DNA from: a virus
Taxonomy: Duplodnaviria; Heunggongvirae; Uroviricota; Caudoviricetes
IMG/VR virus record: IMGVR_UViG_2778261225_000004
DNA: 20,622 nucleotides
Reading direction: 5' to 3' (one strand)
Below, piece after piece: positions 14,266 to 20,622 of the stretch; position 1 is the stretch's first letter; each line of letters opens with the position of its first letter. The translations under genes and the position numbers were made by a program. Below the pieces are notes generated by a model. The model worked only from the letters and a program-made list of their open reading frames with translations, was not told the DNA's origin and searched no databases.

Positions 14266-17088
14266 TCATATATCGCGGCGTGTTTTTTGCTCATTTACGG
14301 GATTTGTGAGTCCCGTTTCTGTCTGTTTTTTGTTTCCACTGGTCAGGCTACCCCGCAGCAGGTCTGCTTTGCGGTGGGCGCGTTCAGTGGTTTCACTGAT
14401 TCTCTGTGCGTGCTCTGCGTCACGGATGGCGCGCAGCATGTCAGAAAGCACGGTAACGGGGGTTTTCATGGTGTTCTGGTCCTGCTGAAGTGTGGATGCC
14501 AGACGTGCGGCGGCTTCGGGGTCTGATGCCCCCAGTTGTTCCAGATAGCTGGCGACCGGGTTATGGCGGATCTCTGTGCTGCTTACGCCGTGATTACGGC
14601 TCAGGCGCTGCCAGAGCTGCGTGATTCGGCTGTCCGGGCGGGTATCCGGTTTGCGTACAATTTCAAATCCCTGCGGTGCAATGATGCTGCCGTCAACGTA
14701 CAGGCTGCCGCCCCGTAACAGGTGCTGCATCTGCTGTTCACCGATATGCAGGCCGAGAGATTCGGCAGATTCCCGCCATTCTTTAGCGAGTAATTCGTGG
14801 TTATCAGGCAAAGGCCGCTGCTGTTTGCGGCTCTGTGTCCAGCTCTGCATTTCATCACTGCTGTTTTTTGCCTGTTTGTCACGAAGCGAACGCATCAGCG
14901 CCCGGCGTTCGTGCCGTTTCAGTGAGCGCATCCATTCGTTCACTTCAACGCCATCAGGGAGCTGCGGCCACGGTGCTGGCCGTTCTTCCGGCTGTTCTGT
15001 CCCGTTGTTGTTCGTTTCCTGTACACGGGGACAGTTATTGCCACGAGTCCAAGGGGCGGCAGGGCCGCCCTGAAGGTCAAAACCATTTTCGCGGGCGCTG
15101 TCTTCCGCTTCCGGTTTGCGTCTTACCAGCTTCCAGTTATCCGGATGCGTGCACACACGGGAGGATTCCCCGATGAGTGGTGACCAGATCCCGTAAATCT
15201 GTACGCTCTGTTCGCCGTAATCGTTCAGCTCATCGGCGAGGTCGTAGGCGGTGCGAATCAGGTAGTCTTTGCGTGGAACAAGTACGCCGCCCTGTTTCTC
15301 TATGTAGGTGGCAAAACATCCTGCATCAGCGGCAGCGAGTACCGCATCCATTGCGTCATCCTTCAGCCGTTGCGGGCCTTCCGGGTTGCGTGCCATCTGG
15401 CTGGCAAGGCGGCGGAGTTCACGCCACACCTGACGGGAGGGGATGCCAAAGAACTGGAACTGGCGGACCCGGTGAAGGCGTGCCCAACCGATGGCGCGCT
15501 CCACGCTCTCGGCCATTGATTTTCCGGTTTCGTGGTCAACGCGTGGTTTGCCTGTTTTCGGGTCGATGCCATCCACGGCGCGGCTGTCCAGGTTTTTTCC
15601 GATGTAGGTGGCGATGTAGCTGGTTGGCGTGCCTTTTGAGCCGTCGACATACTCCGCCTTAAAGCGCGGAGTAATATCATCGCCCAGCTCGTGACGATCT
15701 TCCTGAATGGCAATATCGCGGGTGTGGGACACAATGGTGTCGATTTCTTCCGGATGAGCAAAGACCATCATATGCCAGTGCACGGTGCCGTCATGGTGAG
15801 GCTCCACCGTGCGGATGCCATACCAGCGAAGACCGTCGCGGTTCAGTTTCTTGCGGACCGCCGCAAAAAACGTGTTAACCAGGTAATCGCTGGAGTCGCG
15901 CATGGTGGCCCCGTTCCATTTGGGATTCGGATGACCGTTCTCTGTTGTGGCGTGGTATTTTGACGGGCAGGTGACAGTCAGAAACACCGCTTTGTCGCCA
16001 CGGGCTTCGGCCAGAAGTTCCAGCCCCTTCATGGTGGCCATCATTTCTGCCTTACGGTGAACCGGGTTACTTACTCCCGCGTAATACACCGTCTCGAGAT
16101 CAATCGTGAACCCGTCTTCATTTTCCAGCATGAAACTTTTCAGGAAATCGCGTGTTTTCTCGCGCTGTGCGCGAAACTCGCTTAACGCGTCCTGGCTCAG
16201 ATAGGGTGATGTTTTTCTGGAAACCAGACAGGCGGCGCGGAGTTGTTCTTCTCTCCACTCGCAACGTAACAGCCACAGTTTGCGTTTCCACCATTCTGCA
16301 CAGGTCAGGCGAAGGATTGCGCCCGGCAGCAGCTCCGTGTCCGGTTCGTTCCTCCGGTCTTTGTCTGTTGTAAGTGCGTCATAATGTGGAGGCATGGCGT
16401 GCAGGTGTAACGCCATGCGGGCCAGCATCTGATACGCCTTCAGCGTTACATCCATGGTCAGTTCGCCATCGGTCGCGCCAAAGCCATCGCAGAGTTTTTC
16501 GAAGGTGCTGCTGAACATCGCCGCCGTCATGGTGGCCAGTGTCTGTATCTGGTGTTTGTTGAGCTGCGGCAGGTAAAGCAAATCGTCCAGGCGTTCGCGT
16601 CCGGCAAGGGAGCGATAACCCTGTGTCAGCCAGCGGTGATCGGTGCGCTCCAGACGTTCGAATATTTTGCGCAGGTTTCCGCGCGCGTAGCGTTCAGCCT
16701 GCCAGTTCTTTTTGCCTTTCTGACGATCGGCTTCCTGTTTTTTGCGCAGGAAGGAGAGGTGGCGAATAAGCGGATCGCGCAGATAGGACGGCAGCAGGCG
16801 CAGCGAGGCCATGGCTTCATCCACCGCGCCGCGTGCCTGTTTTCTGGCATCTCCTGCCAGTGTGATGGTTTTGTCCTGTTTTTCCTGTGCGTCCAGGCTT
16901 TTATTAATCAGGTTGCCCAGCGGCGTTGCGGAGAACGCCGCATCAGCCATTTCCTGGCGGCGCTCGTTCTCTACCCGGTAGGCATCCAGCCAGGAGGAAA
17001 GCGCGGATTCAGGAGCGGGGATCCCCGTTCCTTCACGCCCCACTGCGTGGCGCGGTTGTTGCCAGTCCCTGATGTACTCTGCCGTCAT
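14266..17088 (-). CDS. A: Replication initiation protein gpA (rolling-circle replication endonuclease) with an extended C-terminus
   Basis: 940-aa ORF at the P2 gene A position (downstream of the early operon, next to the cos-proximal cargo region). The size and a VHWHMMVF-type motif fit the P2 gpA family; about 180 aa longer than remembered P2 gpA (761 aa). Confidence 0.88.
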   Translation of the reverse strand: MTAEYIRDWQQPRHAVGREGTGIPAPESALSSWLDAYRVENERRQEMADAAFSATPLGNLINKSLDAQEKQDKTITLAGDARKQARGAVDEAMASLRLLPSYLRDPLIRHLSFLRKKQEADRQKGKKNWQAERYARGNLRKIFERLERTDHRWLTQGYRSLAGRERLDDLLYLPQLNKHQIQTLATMTAAMFSSTFEKLCDGFGATDGELTMDVTLKAYQMLARMALHLHAMPPHYDALTTDKDRRNEPDTELLPGAILRLTCAEWWKRKLWLLRCEWREEQLRAACLVSRKTSPYLSQDALSEFRAQREKTRDFLKSFMLENEDGFTIDLETVYYAGVSNPVHRKAEMMATMKGLELLAEARGDKAVFLTVTCPSKYHATTENGHPNPKWNGATMRDSSDYLVNTFFAAVRKKLNRDGLRWYGIRTVEPHHDGTVHWHMMVFAHPEEIDTIVSHTRDIAIQEDRHELGDDITPRFKAEYVDGSKGTPTSYIATYIGKNLDSRAVDGIDPKTGKPRVDHETGKSMAESVERAIGWARLHRVRQFQFFGIPSRQVWRELRRLASQMARNPEGPQRLKDDAMDAVLAAADAGCFATYIEKQGGVLVPRKDYLIRTAYDLADELNDYGEQSVQIYGIWSPLIGESSRVCTHPDNWKLVRRKPEAEDSARENGFDLQGGPAAPWTRGNNCPRVQETNNNGTEQPEERPAPWPQLPDGVEVNEWMRSLKRHERRALMRSLRDKQAKNSSDEMQSWTQSRKQQRPLPDNHELLAKEWRESAESLGLHIGEQQMQHLLRGGSLYVDGSIIAPQGFEIVRKPDTRPDSRITQLWQRLSRNHGVSSTEIRHNPVASYLEQLGASDPEAAARLASTLQQDQNTMKTPVTVLSDMLRAIRDAEHAQRISETTERAHRKADLLRGSLTSGNKKQTETGLTNPVNEQKTRRDI
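14299..14338. repeat. Repeat module B (hairpin CGGGA-TTTGTGAG-TCCCG followed by TTTCTGTCTGTTTTTTG) inside the 3' end of gene A
   Basis: Read from the sequence; a direct-repeat partner of module A. Homopolymer lengths in this stretch are uncertain. Confidence 0.3.
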
Positions 17089-17094
17089 AGTGAT

Positions 17095-17460
17095 TTACTT
17101 CGTCATGCCATTCAGGGTGTCGCGGCAGACTGTAGCCAGCCGCTGAATTTCCAGCACGGTGTCTTCTGTGTCGGCATGGCGATGTGTGATGCGGATGCTG
17201 TCGGCAATCACATCGACGATTGCAGAGGATGGGTGCTGGTAAATGCCAATAACGGACGGGGTGCCACCTTCAATGCGGTAAAGCCTGTAATTTCCCTCGT
17301 GGCTGTCAATCATGTAGCGACCATCAATAACAATCTTTCCGTCAGCGAGCTGCGGTACAGGCAGGGATTTCAGGTACATGTCATAACGATCACGCACGCG
17401 AGCGGCAAGATCACGTTCTGTGTTGAGCAGGTATTCAAGAAAGTCGTTGGCGAGAATCAT
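17095..17460 (-). CDS. Hypothetical early-operon protein (121 aa) immediately upstream of A
   Basis: ATG with an AGAGGA Shine-Dalgarno; stop lies 6 nt before the A start; protein-like composition. No family recognised. Confidence 0.55.
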   Translation of the reverse strand: MILANDFLEYLLNTERDLAARVRDRYDMYLKSLPVPQLADGKIVIDGRYMIDSHEGNYRLYRIEGGTPSVIGIYQHPSSAIVDVIADSIRITHRHADTEDTVLEIQRLATVCRDTLNGMTK

Positions 17461-17532
17461 TGCGGCAATCCTCTTGTTACAGATGTGCGAAGGCCTCCCG
17501 CCGCAAGGTGCAGGAAAGGCCCGGAACAGGAA

Positions 17533-17763
17533 TTAATGGAGTTTGTTTTGCTGCTGGATGAGCTGTTGAAGCTCGTGCAGATCATCCGCCAGATAGCTGA
17601 AAACAGAGGCGGAATAAATGTTTGATAGTGCGTGGCTGCGCTCATGCAGCATATTGATGTGCATGATTTGCGCGACGCGTGATGCGCGGGAAAGTCTGCG
17701 GTTGATTTCAGTCTGGATGTGACGACGCTCCGCGATAGCGCGGTGTGGTTTGCGGTTTGCCAT
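17533..17763 (-). CDS. Hypothetical small basic protein (76 aa)
   Basis: ATG start with an AAGGGG Shine-Dalgarno-like element; same strand as the early operon. No family recognised. Confidence 0.45.
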   Translation of the reverse strand: MANRKPHRAIAERRHIQTEINRRLSRASRVAQIMHINMLHERSHALSNIYSASVFSYLADDLHELQQLIQQQNKLH

Positions 17764-18085
17764 GGTGTGGCCCCTTGTGTAGTAAGTTGTGAAAACTCAC
17801 CATCCAGAGCTGCGAAACTGTGGGTGGCGAGACGTACGAGGTTCGCAGTACCGGCTACACAAGAACCCGGCCCGACCGAAGTCGGCCCCGTACGCCCCGC
17901 CATAATTCTGACGCGAAAAAAACGTGGCAATACAGTACGCACAAAAAAACCGCTGGCGCGGTTGTGCGCTTGTGTAGTCAGCAGGCTGCGAAACCCGGCA
18001 CCCGTTTTGTGAGGTGCAGCGGAAATGTAACCTGACTGATTGCGGCATGGCAAGCGGTTTTTTTGTGTGTGCATGTTCTGGTTTC
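17764..18085 (-). other. 322-bp non-coding block inside the early operon with repeated CTTGTGTAG and CTGCGAA(A)C modules (two direct, one inverted) and stable hairpins; candidate structured RNA or protein-binding/ori-like element
   Basis: No credible ORF on either strand (track ORFs here are Arg/Pro-rich or low-complexity). Motif CTTGTGTAG at about 17774 and 17969 with its reverse complement at about 17855; CTGCGAAAC at about 17810 and 17986 with GTTCGCAG at 17841; GC-rich hairpin with a C-UUCG-G loop on the minus-strand transcript at about 17866..17890; CCGCTGGCGCGG preceded by A7 at about 17943..17962. Confidence 0.3.
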
Positions 18086-18385
18086 TTAGTGGTTCAGAAA
18101 AAAATCAAAAACCTTGTCAATGCGTTGCAGCAGCTCTTGCTGTATTGCTTCCGGCGTTTCCGGTTCGCCTGGCGCCTCCAACGTCGCGCAGAAATCCTCG
18201 ATTTCATGACGGAGCGTCAGGCGAATGGCGAGAGGTGTGGTTCTGGCGTGCTCCAGCTCATCCAGCAGCGCCAGCACTGCAGACGGCGAGAGCATTGCGC
18301 GAAACGCCAGTAATTTTTGAGGCGTTGCCATTCGTTGCAGGTCAGTCGCCAGTTCGCGTAATTCCTGGTGGTTGATGGCGCTCAT
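18086..18385 (-). CDS. Hypothetical acidic early-operon protein (99 aa)
   Basis: ATG overlaps the upstream stop (ATGA coupling); protein-like composition. No family recognised. Confidence 0.55.
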   Translation of the reverse strand: MSAINHQELRELATDLQRMATPQKLLAFRAMLSPSAVLALLDELEHARTTPLAIRLTLRHEIEDFCATLEAPGEPETPEAIQQELLQRIDKVFDFFLNH

Positions 18386-18627
18386 GCTCTGGCTTCCTTC
18401 AGTAGCTGGTTAAACATGTTGGTAAGTGGATTGCCGCACCCGAACGGCATCGGGTTTATCTGGTAAGAAAAGCGACCGCCTGTTTTGCGCTCTTTTCTTA
18501 TGACTGAACCGCTGCGCCAGAGTCGGCGTAACTCCGCATTAATGGCTGTGGTTGGGGTATTCAGTGCTGCGGCGATTTCTCCACCGCTACACCCCGGATT
18601 GGCGGCGATATAGTCCAGAATGGTCAT
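18382..18627 (-). CDS. Small putative winged-helix DNA-binding protein (81 aa)
   Basis: ATG overlaps the upstream stop (ATGA); the segment GGEIAAALNTPTTAINAELRRLWRSGSV looks like a helix-turn-helix. Fold assignment is inference only. Confidence 0.5.
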   Translation of the reverse strand: MTILDYIAANPGCSGGEIAAALNTPTTAINAELRRLWRSGSVIRKERKTGGRFSYQINPMPFGCGNPLTNMFNQLLKEARA

Positions 18628-18827
18628 CTGCGTGACTCCTGTACCTGTCGGATAAGGTTCACCCGCACCACATTCGTGGCGCAGAAGTAAGTGCCGTCAG
18701 TGAGATAGATGTGATGTGCATTCTTTTCTGAACGGTGTTTGTCGATTGTGGTAATCAGGCGTTCGTCGACTTCGTATTCACGCCCTCTGGAGGTAAAACG
18801 AACGACAGGAAAATGCTTAATTGCCAT
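18624..18827 (-). CDS. Hypothetical early-operon protein (67 aa)
   Basis: Strong AAGGAGGTG Shine-Dalgarno before the ATG at 18827. Confidence 0.55.
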   Translation of the reverse strand: MAIKHFPVVRFTSRGREYEVDERLITTIDKHRSEKNAHHIYLTDGTYFCATNVVRVNLIRQVQESRR

Positions 18828-18913
18828 TACACCTCCTTGGCGTGTGCGAATACCTCCGCGAATGCGGATTGTTTTTACATTTTCTTATTTAATCTGTGGT
18901 TTTATTTGCTCTG

Positions 18914-19027
18914 TTATTCGCCAGTGAAAAAGCGTTCAATCTTTTTTATTGAATGAATAATTCGCATAATCCCAATAGCGCAGGCCACCGAAATAATCAG
19001 AACAAGCCATGAGATAAATATACTCAT
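18914..19027 (-). CDS. Micro-ORF encoding a 37-aa single-pass membrane peptide (MSIFISWLVLIISVACAIGIMRIIHSIKKIERFFTGE)
   Basis: ATG overlaps the stop of the upstream 80-aa gene (ATGA); hydrophobic helix followed by a basic tail. Below the track length cut-off; found by manual translation. Confidence 0.3.
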   Translation of the reverse strand: MSIFISWLVLIISVACAIGIMRIIHSIKKIERFFTGE

Positions 19028-19266
19028 GCGATATTCCCCAGCTTATACGGTTCAATATGTTCCCCGCATTCTGCGGCACAGATCAGCTCGGAAAGTTCGT
19101 TAAGTGCATCCAGATCATCAGCGTAAAAAGCCACGTCATACAGACTTCGGATTGCTCTGGTCAATGAGTCACGGGCCGCACGTTCAGCATGAGCGCCTGA
19201 TGCACTTAAGCGAAAATAAAAACGCTCAAGTGCTTTGTTAATGAGAGTTTTATATTCTTTGCCCAT
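19024..19266 (-). CDS. Hypothetical early-operon protein (80 aa)
   Basis: Track ORF 19024..19269 (GTG); the ATG at 19266 is preferred. Protein-like acidic composition. Confidence 0.5.
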   Translation of the reverse strand: MGKEYKTLINKALERFYFRLSASGAHAERAARDSLTRAIRSLYDVAFYADDLDALNELSELICAAECGEHIEPYKLGNIA

Positions 19267-19277
19267 CACAACGCCCT

Positions 19278-19565
19278 TTAATCTGCTTTCTGTATTTCAG
19301 CTTCTGAATCCATACAAATAATTTCGATATAGGGTTCATCGCCATTAACCTGGCGTGCCTTTTCAGCTTCGCTAATGATTTCTCGTACGGTCTGGTACGG
19401 AAGTTCCACAAGCAGTCGCGTGCCGTTCAGATAAACGTAAGTGGCTTCGTCGGCTCCGTTTTTACCCGCCGGAGTCACTCCGTCAATAGCGGATGCACGT
19501 AATAACAGTTCACCGCGAAAATCAATAAAACGGATAAATACACCTTGTGCATGGTCTTTGGTCAT
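19278..19565 (-). CDS. Hypothetical early-operon protein (95 aa)
   Basis: Internal ATG of track ORF 19278..19679, chosen because the upstream part overlaps the 113-aa ORF; starts 10 nt after that ORF's stop. Confidence 0.45.
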   Translation of the reverse strand: MTKDHAQGVFIRFIDFRGELLLRASAIDGVTPAGKNGADEATYVYLNGTRLLVELPYQTVREIISEAEKARQVNGDEPYIEIICMDSEAEIQKAD

Positions 19566-19575
19566 AAAGCGCCTG

Positions 19576-19917
19576 TTATAAATCAGCCTGTTTAATAAAA
19601 CTTTGCCCGCGAAGCAGACGATCAACCGTGCGAAGTGCTTCGTATAATGTGAAATCCTGCCCGAACTGATTGTCGCCACTGCTTAGAGCAAAAATGCGGT
19701 TTCCGGTAAACGGATTGCGTGGGCATTTGTGGATCACGATTCCAGCTTTCTCAATCAGCCAGGCATGCTCGCCGATTTGTTTTACTGGGTAGCCATCCGG
19801 CGTTGCGTGTGTATCACTCAGGCTGTAGCGGATGTTGCTGCGTGATGCACTGGTAGCAAAACGGTTAGCGTGGCGTTCTGCACCATTGCGAAAGCGTGAA
19901 TTACGTTGCTGTTTCAT
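19576..19917 (-). CDS. Hypothetical early-operon protein (113 aa)
   Basis: ATG at 19917 lies 1 nt after the stop of an upstream micro-ORF (translational coupling). No family recognised. Confidence 0.5.
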   Translation of the reverse strand: MKQQRNSRFRNGAERHANRFATSASRSNIRYSLSDTHATPDGYPVKQIGEHAWLIEKAGIVIHKCPRNPFTGNRIFALSSGDNQFGQDFTLYEALRTVDRLLRGQSFIKQADL

Positions 19918-19918
19918 G

Positions 19919-20026
19919 TTAAAGACTCTGTACAGATTTAATTATTCCGGCATAGAGGCCGAACTCAAAATATTTGCGATTAAATCGCATCGCATTGTTT
20001 TCACGTTTTGCGGACTGCTGGTTCAT
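19919..20026 (-). CDS. Micro-ORF, 35 aa (MNQQSAKRENNAMRFNRKYFEFGLYAGIIKSVQSL)
   Basis: GGAGG Shine-Dalgarno about 10 nt before the ATG; ATG overlaps the stop of the preceding micro-ORF (ATGA). Found by manual translation. Confidence 0.25.
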   Translation of the reverse strand: MNQQSAKRENNAMRFNRKYFEFGLYAGIIKSVQSL

Positions 20027-20130
20027 TTTCGTTTGCCTCCGCACATGAGAATTGCGCCGCTTAAGAGGTAACCGAAGTTAATTGATAGTATTACAATTAA
20101 CATAAGGTCCAATTTGTCCATGCCACACAT
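20023..20130 (-). CDS. Micro-ORF encoding a 35-aa hydrophobic peptide (MCGMDKLDLMLIVILSINFGYLLSGAILMCGGKRK)
   Basis: GAGGGT Shine-Dalgarno before the ATG at 20130; one transmembrane-like helix and a basic C-terminus. Found by manual translation. Confidence 0.25.
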   Translation of the reverse strand: MCGMDKLDLMLIVILSINFGYLLSGAILMCGGKRK

Positions 20131-20169
20131 AATTACCCTCATTGCAGTAGTTGTGGGTTGTCAGGTTTC

Positions 20170-20376
20170 TCACCCGATAAACCAGATAACAAACGCTATA
20201 AACATCGCCCCAATAGCTGCCGGGAAAAGTCCTTTGGTATAAGCGGCGATATATTCAATGCTGAGTTCAATAAAGCGTTCTTCATGTCCCGTTAACTTGC
20301 GAAACAAATAGATCTCTATTACGCCTATCTCAATAAAAACAAGGGTCAGAATGGCGCTGATGATATGGCTGGTCAT
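20170..20376 (-). CDS. Small membrane protein (68 aa, two predicted transmembrane helices)
   Basis: Track ORF with hydrophobic segments ISAILTLVFIEIGVI and AAIGAMFIAFVIWFIG; first gene downstream of cox in the early operon. Confidence 0.5.
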   Translation of the reverse strand: MTSHIISAILTLVFIEIGVIEIYLFRKLTGHEERFIELSIEYIAAYTKGLFPAAIGAMFIAFVIWFIG

Positions 20377-20382
20377 TTATGA

Positions 20383-20622
20383 CTAAAGTCCCAGCCACAA
20401 CAACCATGCGTCGCGGCGTTCTTTCGGTTGCTCAAAAAACGCTTTGCGCATGCCTTCGTTAAATGCTGGCAGATATACCCAGTTTTCTGATGCACGCGTC
20501 TTTACTGAACCTGGTTTCACAAAGTCAATTGTCGGTAGCTTTGCTCTGAGAGATCCCCTCATAATTTCCCCAAAACGTAACCATGTGTGAATAGATTTTG
20601 AGTAAGCAGGGTTGCAGCCACG
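20383..20622 (-). CDS. cox: Cox-like excisionase/transcriptional regulator, C-terminal part; the 5' end lies beyond the window
   Basis: Manual translation of the minus strand gives ..AKLPTIDFVKPGSVKTRASENWVYLPAFNEGMRKAFFEQPKERRDAWLLWLGL, closely matching the remembered C-terminal half of P2 Cox (..GKLPVIDMTDPQSASGRAGEYWVYLPAWNNGLKLAYESRPKEIRDGWLMWLGL). The frame stays open to the window edge. Confidence 0.7.
   Translation of the reverse strand, partial: RGCNPAYSKSIHTWLRFGEIMRGSLRAKLPTIDFVKPGSVKTRASENWVYLPAFNEGMRKAFFEQPKERRDAWLLWLGL

Noticed and set aside
16552-17625. 357-aa plus-strand ORF overlapping the 5' end of gene A and the upstream small gene
   Set aside because: It is antisense to the A gene and crosses a gene boundary on the other strand. 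It has no ribosome-binding site and an unconvincing composition, so it is most likely spurious.
17457-18074. 205-aa minus-strand ORF covering the non-coding block and the 76-aa gene region
   Set aside because: The translation is low-complexity (Ser/Arg/Thr/Ala runs) with no domain-like features. The region is better explained as a small gene plus a repeat-rich non-coding block.
17764-18085. tRNA or retron-type ncRNA in the repeat-rich block
   Set aside because: No cloverleaf with conserved D- or T-loop sequences could be drawn, and there is no reverse transcriptase gene nearby. It is kept only as an unclassified structured element.
1-20622. CRISPR array, integrase/attachment site or insertion sequence anywhere in the window
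   Set aside because: No regularly spaced repeat-spacer array, no tyrosine recombinase-like ORF and no transposase-like ORF with terminal inverted repeats were seen. In the P2 layout the int/att region would lie beyond the right edge, past cox and C.

Overview
This window is an internal segment of a P2-like (Peduovirus-type) prophage from a high-GC enterobacterial host, shown reverse-complemented relative to the standard P2 map. All calls rest on reading the six-frame translations and the DNA by eye against remembered P2 proteins; no database search was run. Hand-located coordinates for sites that are not on the ORF track may be off by 1-2 nt, because homopolymer runs are hard to count by eye. 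From left to right: the first codons of tail fibre gene H, then baseplate genes I-J-W-V, tail completion genes S and R, a lysis cassette (o-spanin, i-spanin, GH108-type endolysin, holin), X, L, terminase small subunit M, major capsid N and scaffold O, all on the minus strand; a divergent late-promoter gap; terminase ATPase P and portal Q on the plus strand; a probable cos region; then an AT-rich cargo island at the position where P2 carries tin/old. The island holds an orphan 198-aa membrane-anchored protein, preceded by a leader micro-ORF and terminator, and convergent to it a parM/parR actin-like partition cassette. After that come replication initiator A (940 aa), the early operon of small proteins, and the 3' part of cox running off the right edge. 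The most interesting signals are the cargo island (orphan protein plus parMR on a P2-like phage), the repeat modules around the A stop codon, and a 322-bp repeat-rich non-coding block inside the early operon. No tRNA, rRNA, CRISPR array, integrase or att site was seen.
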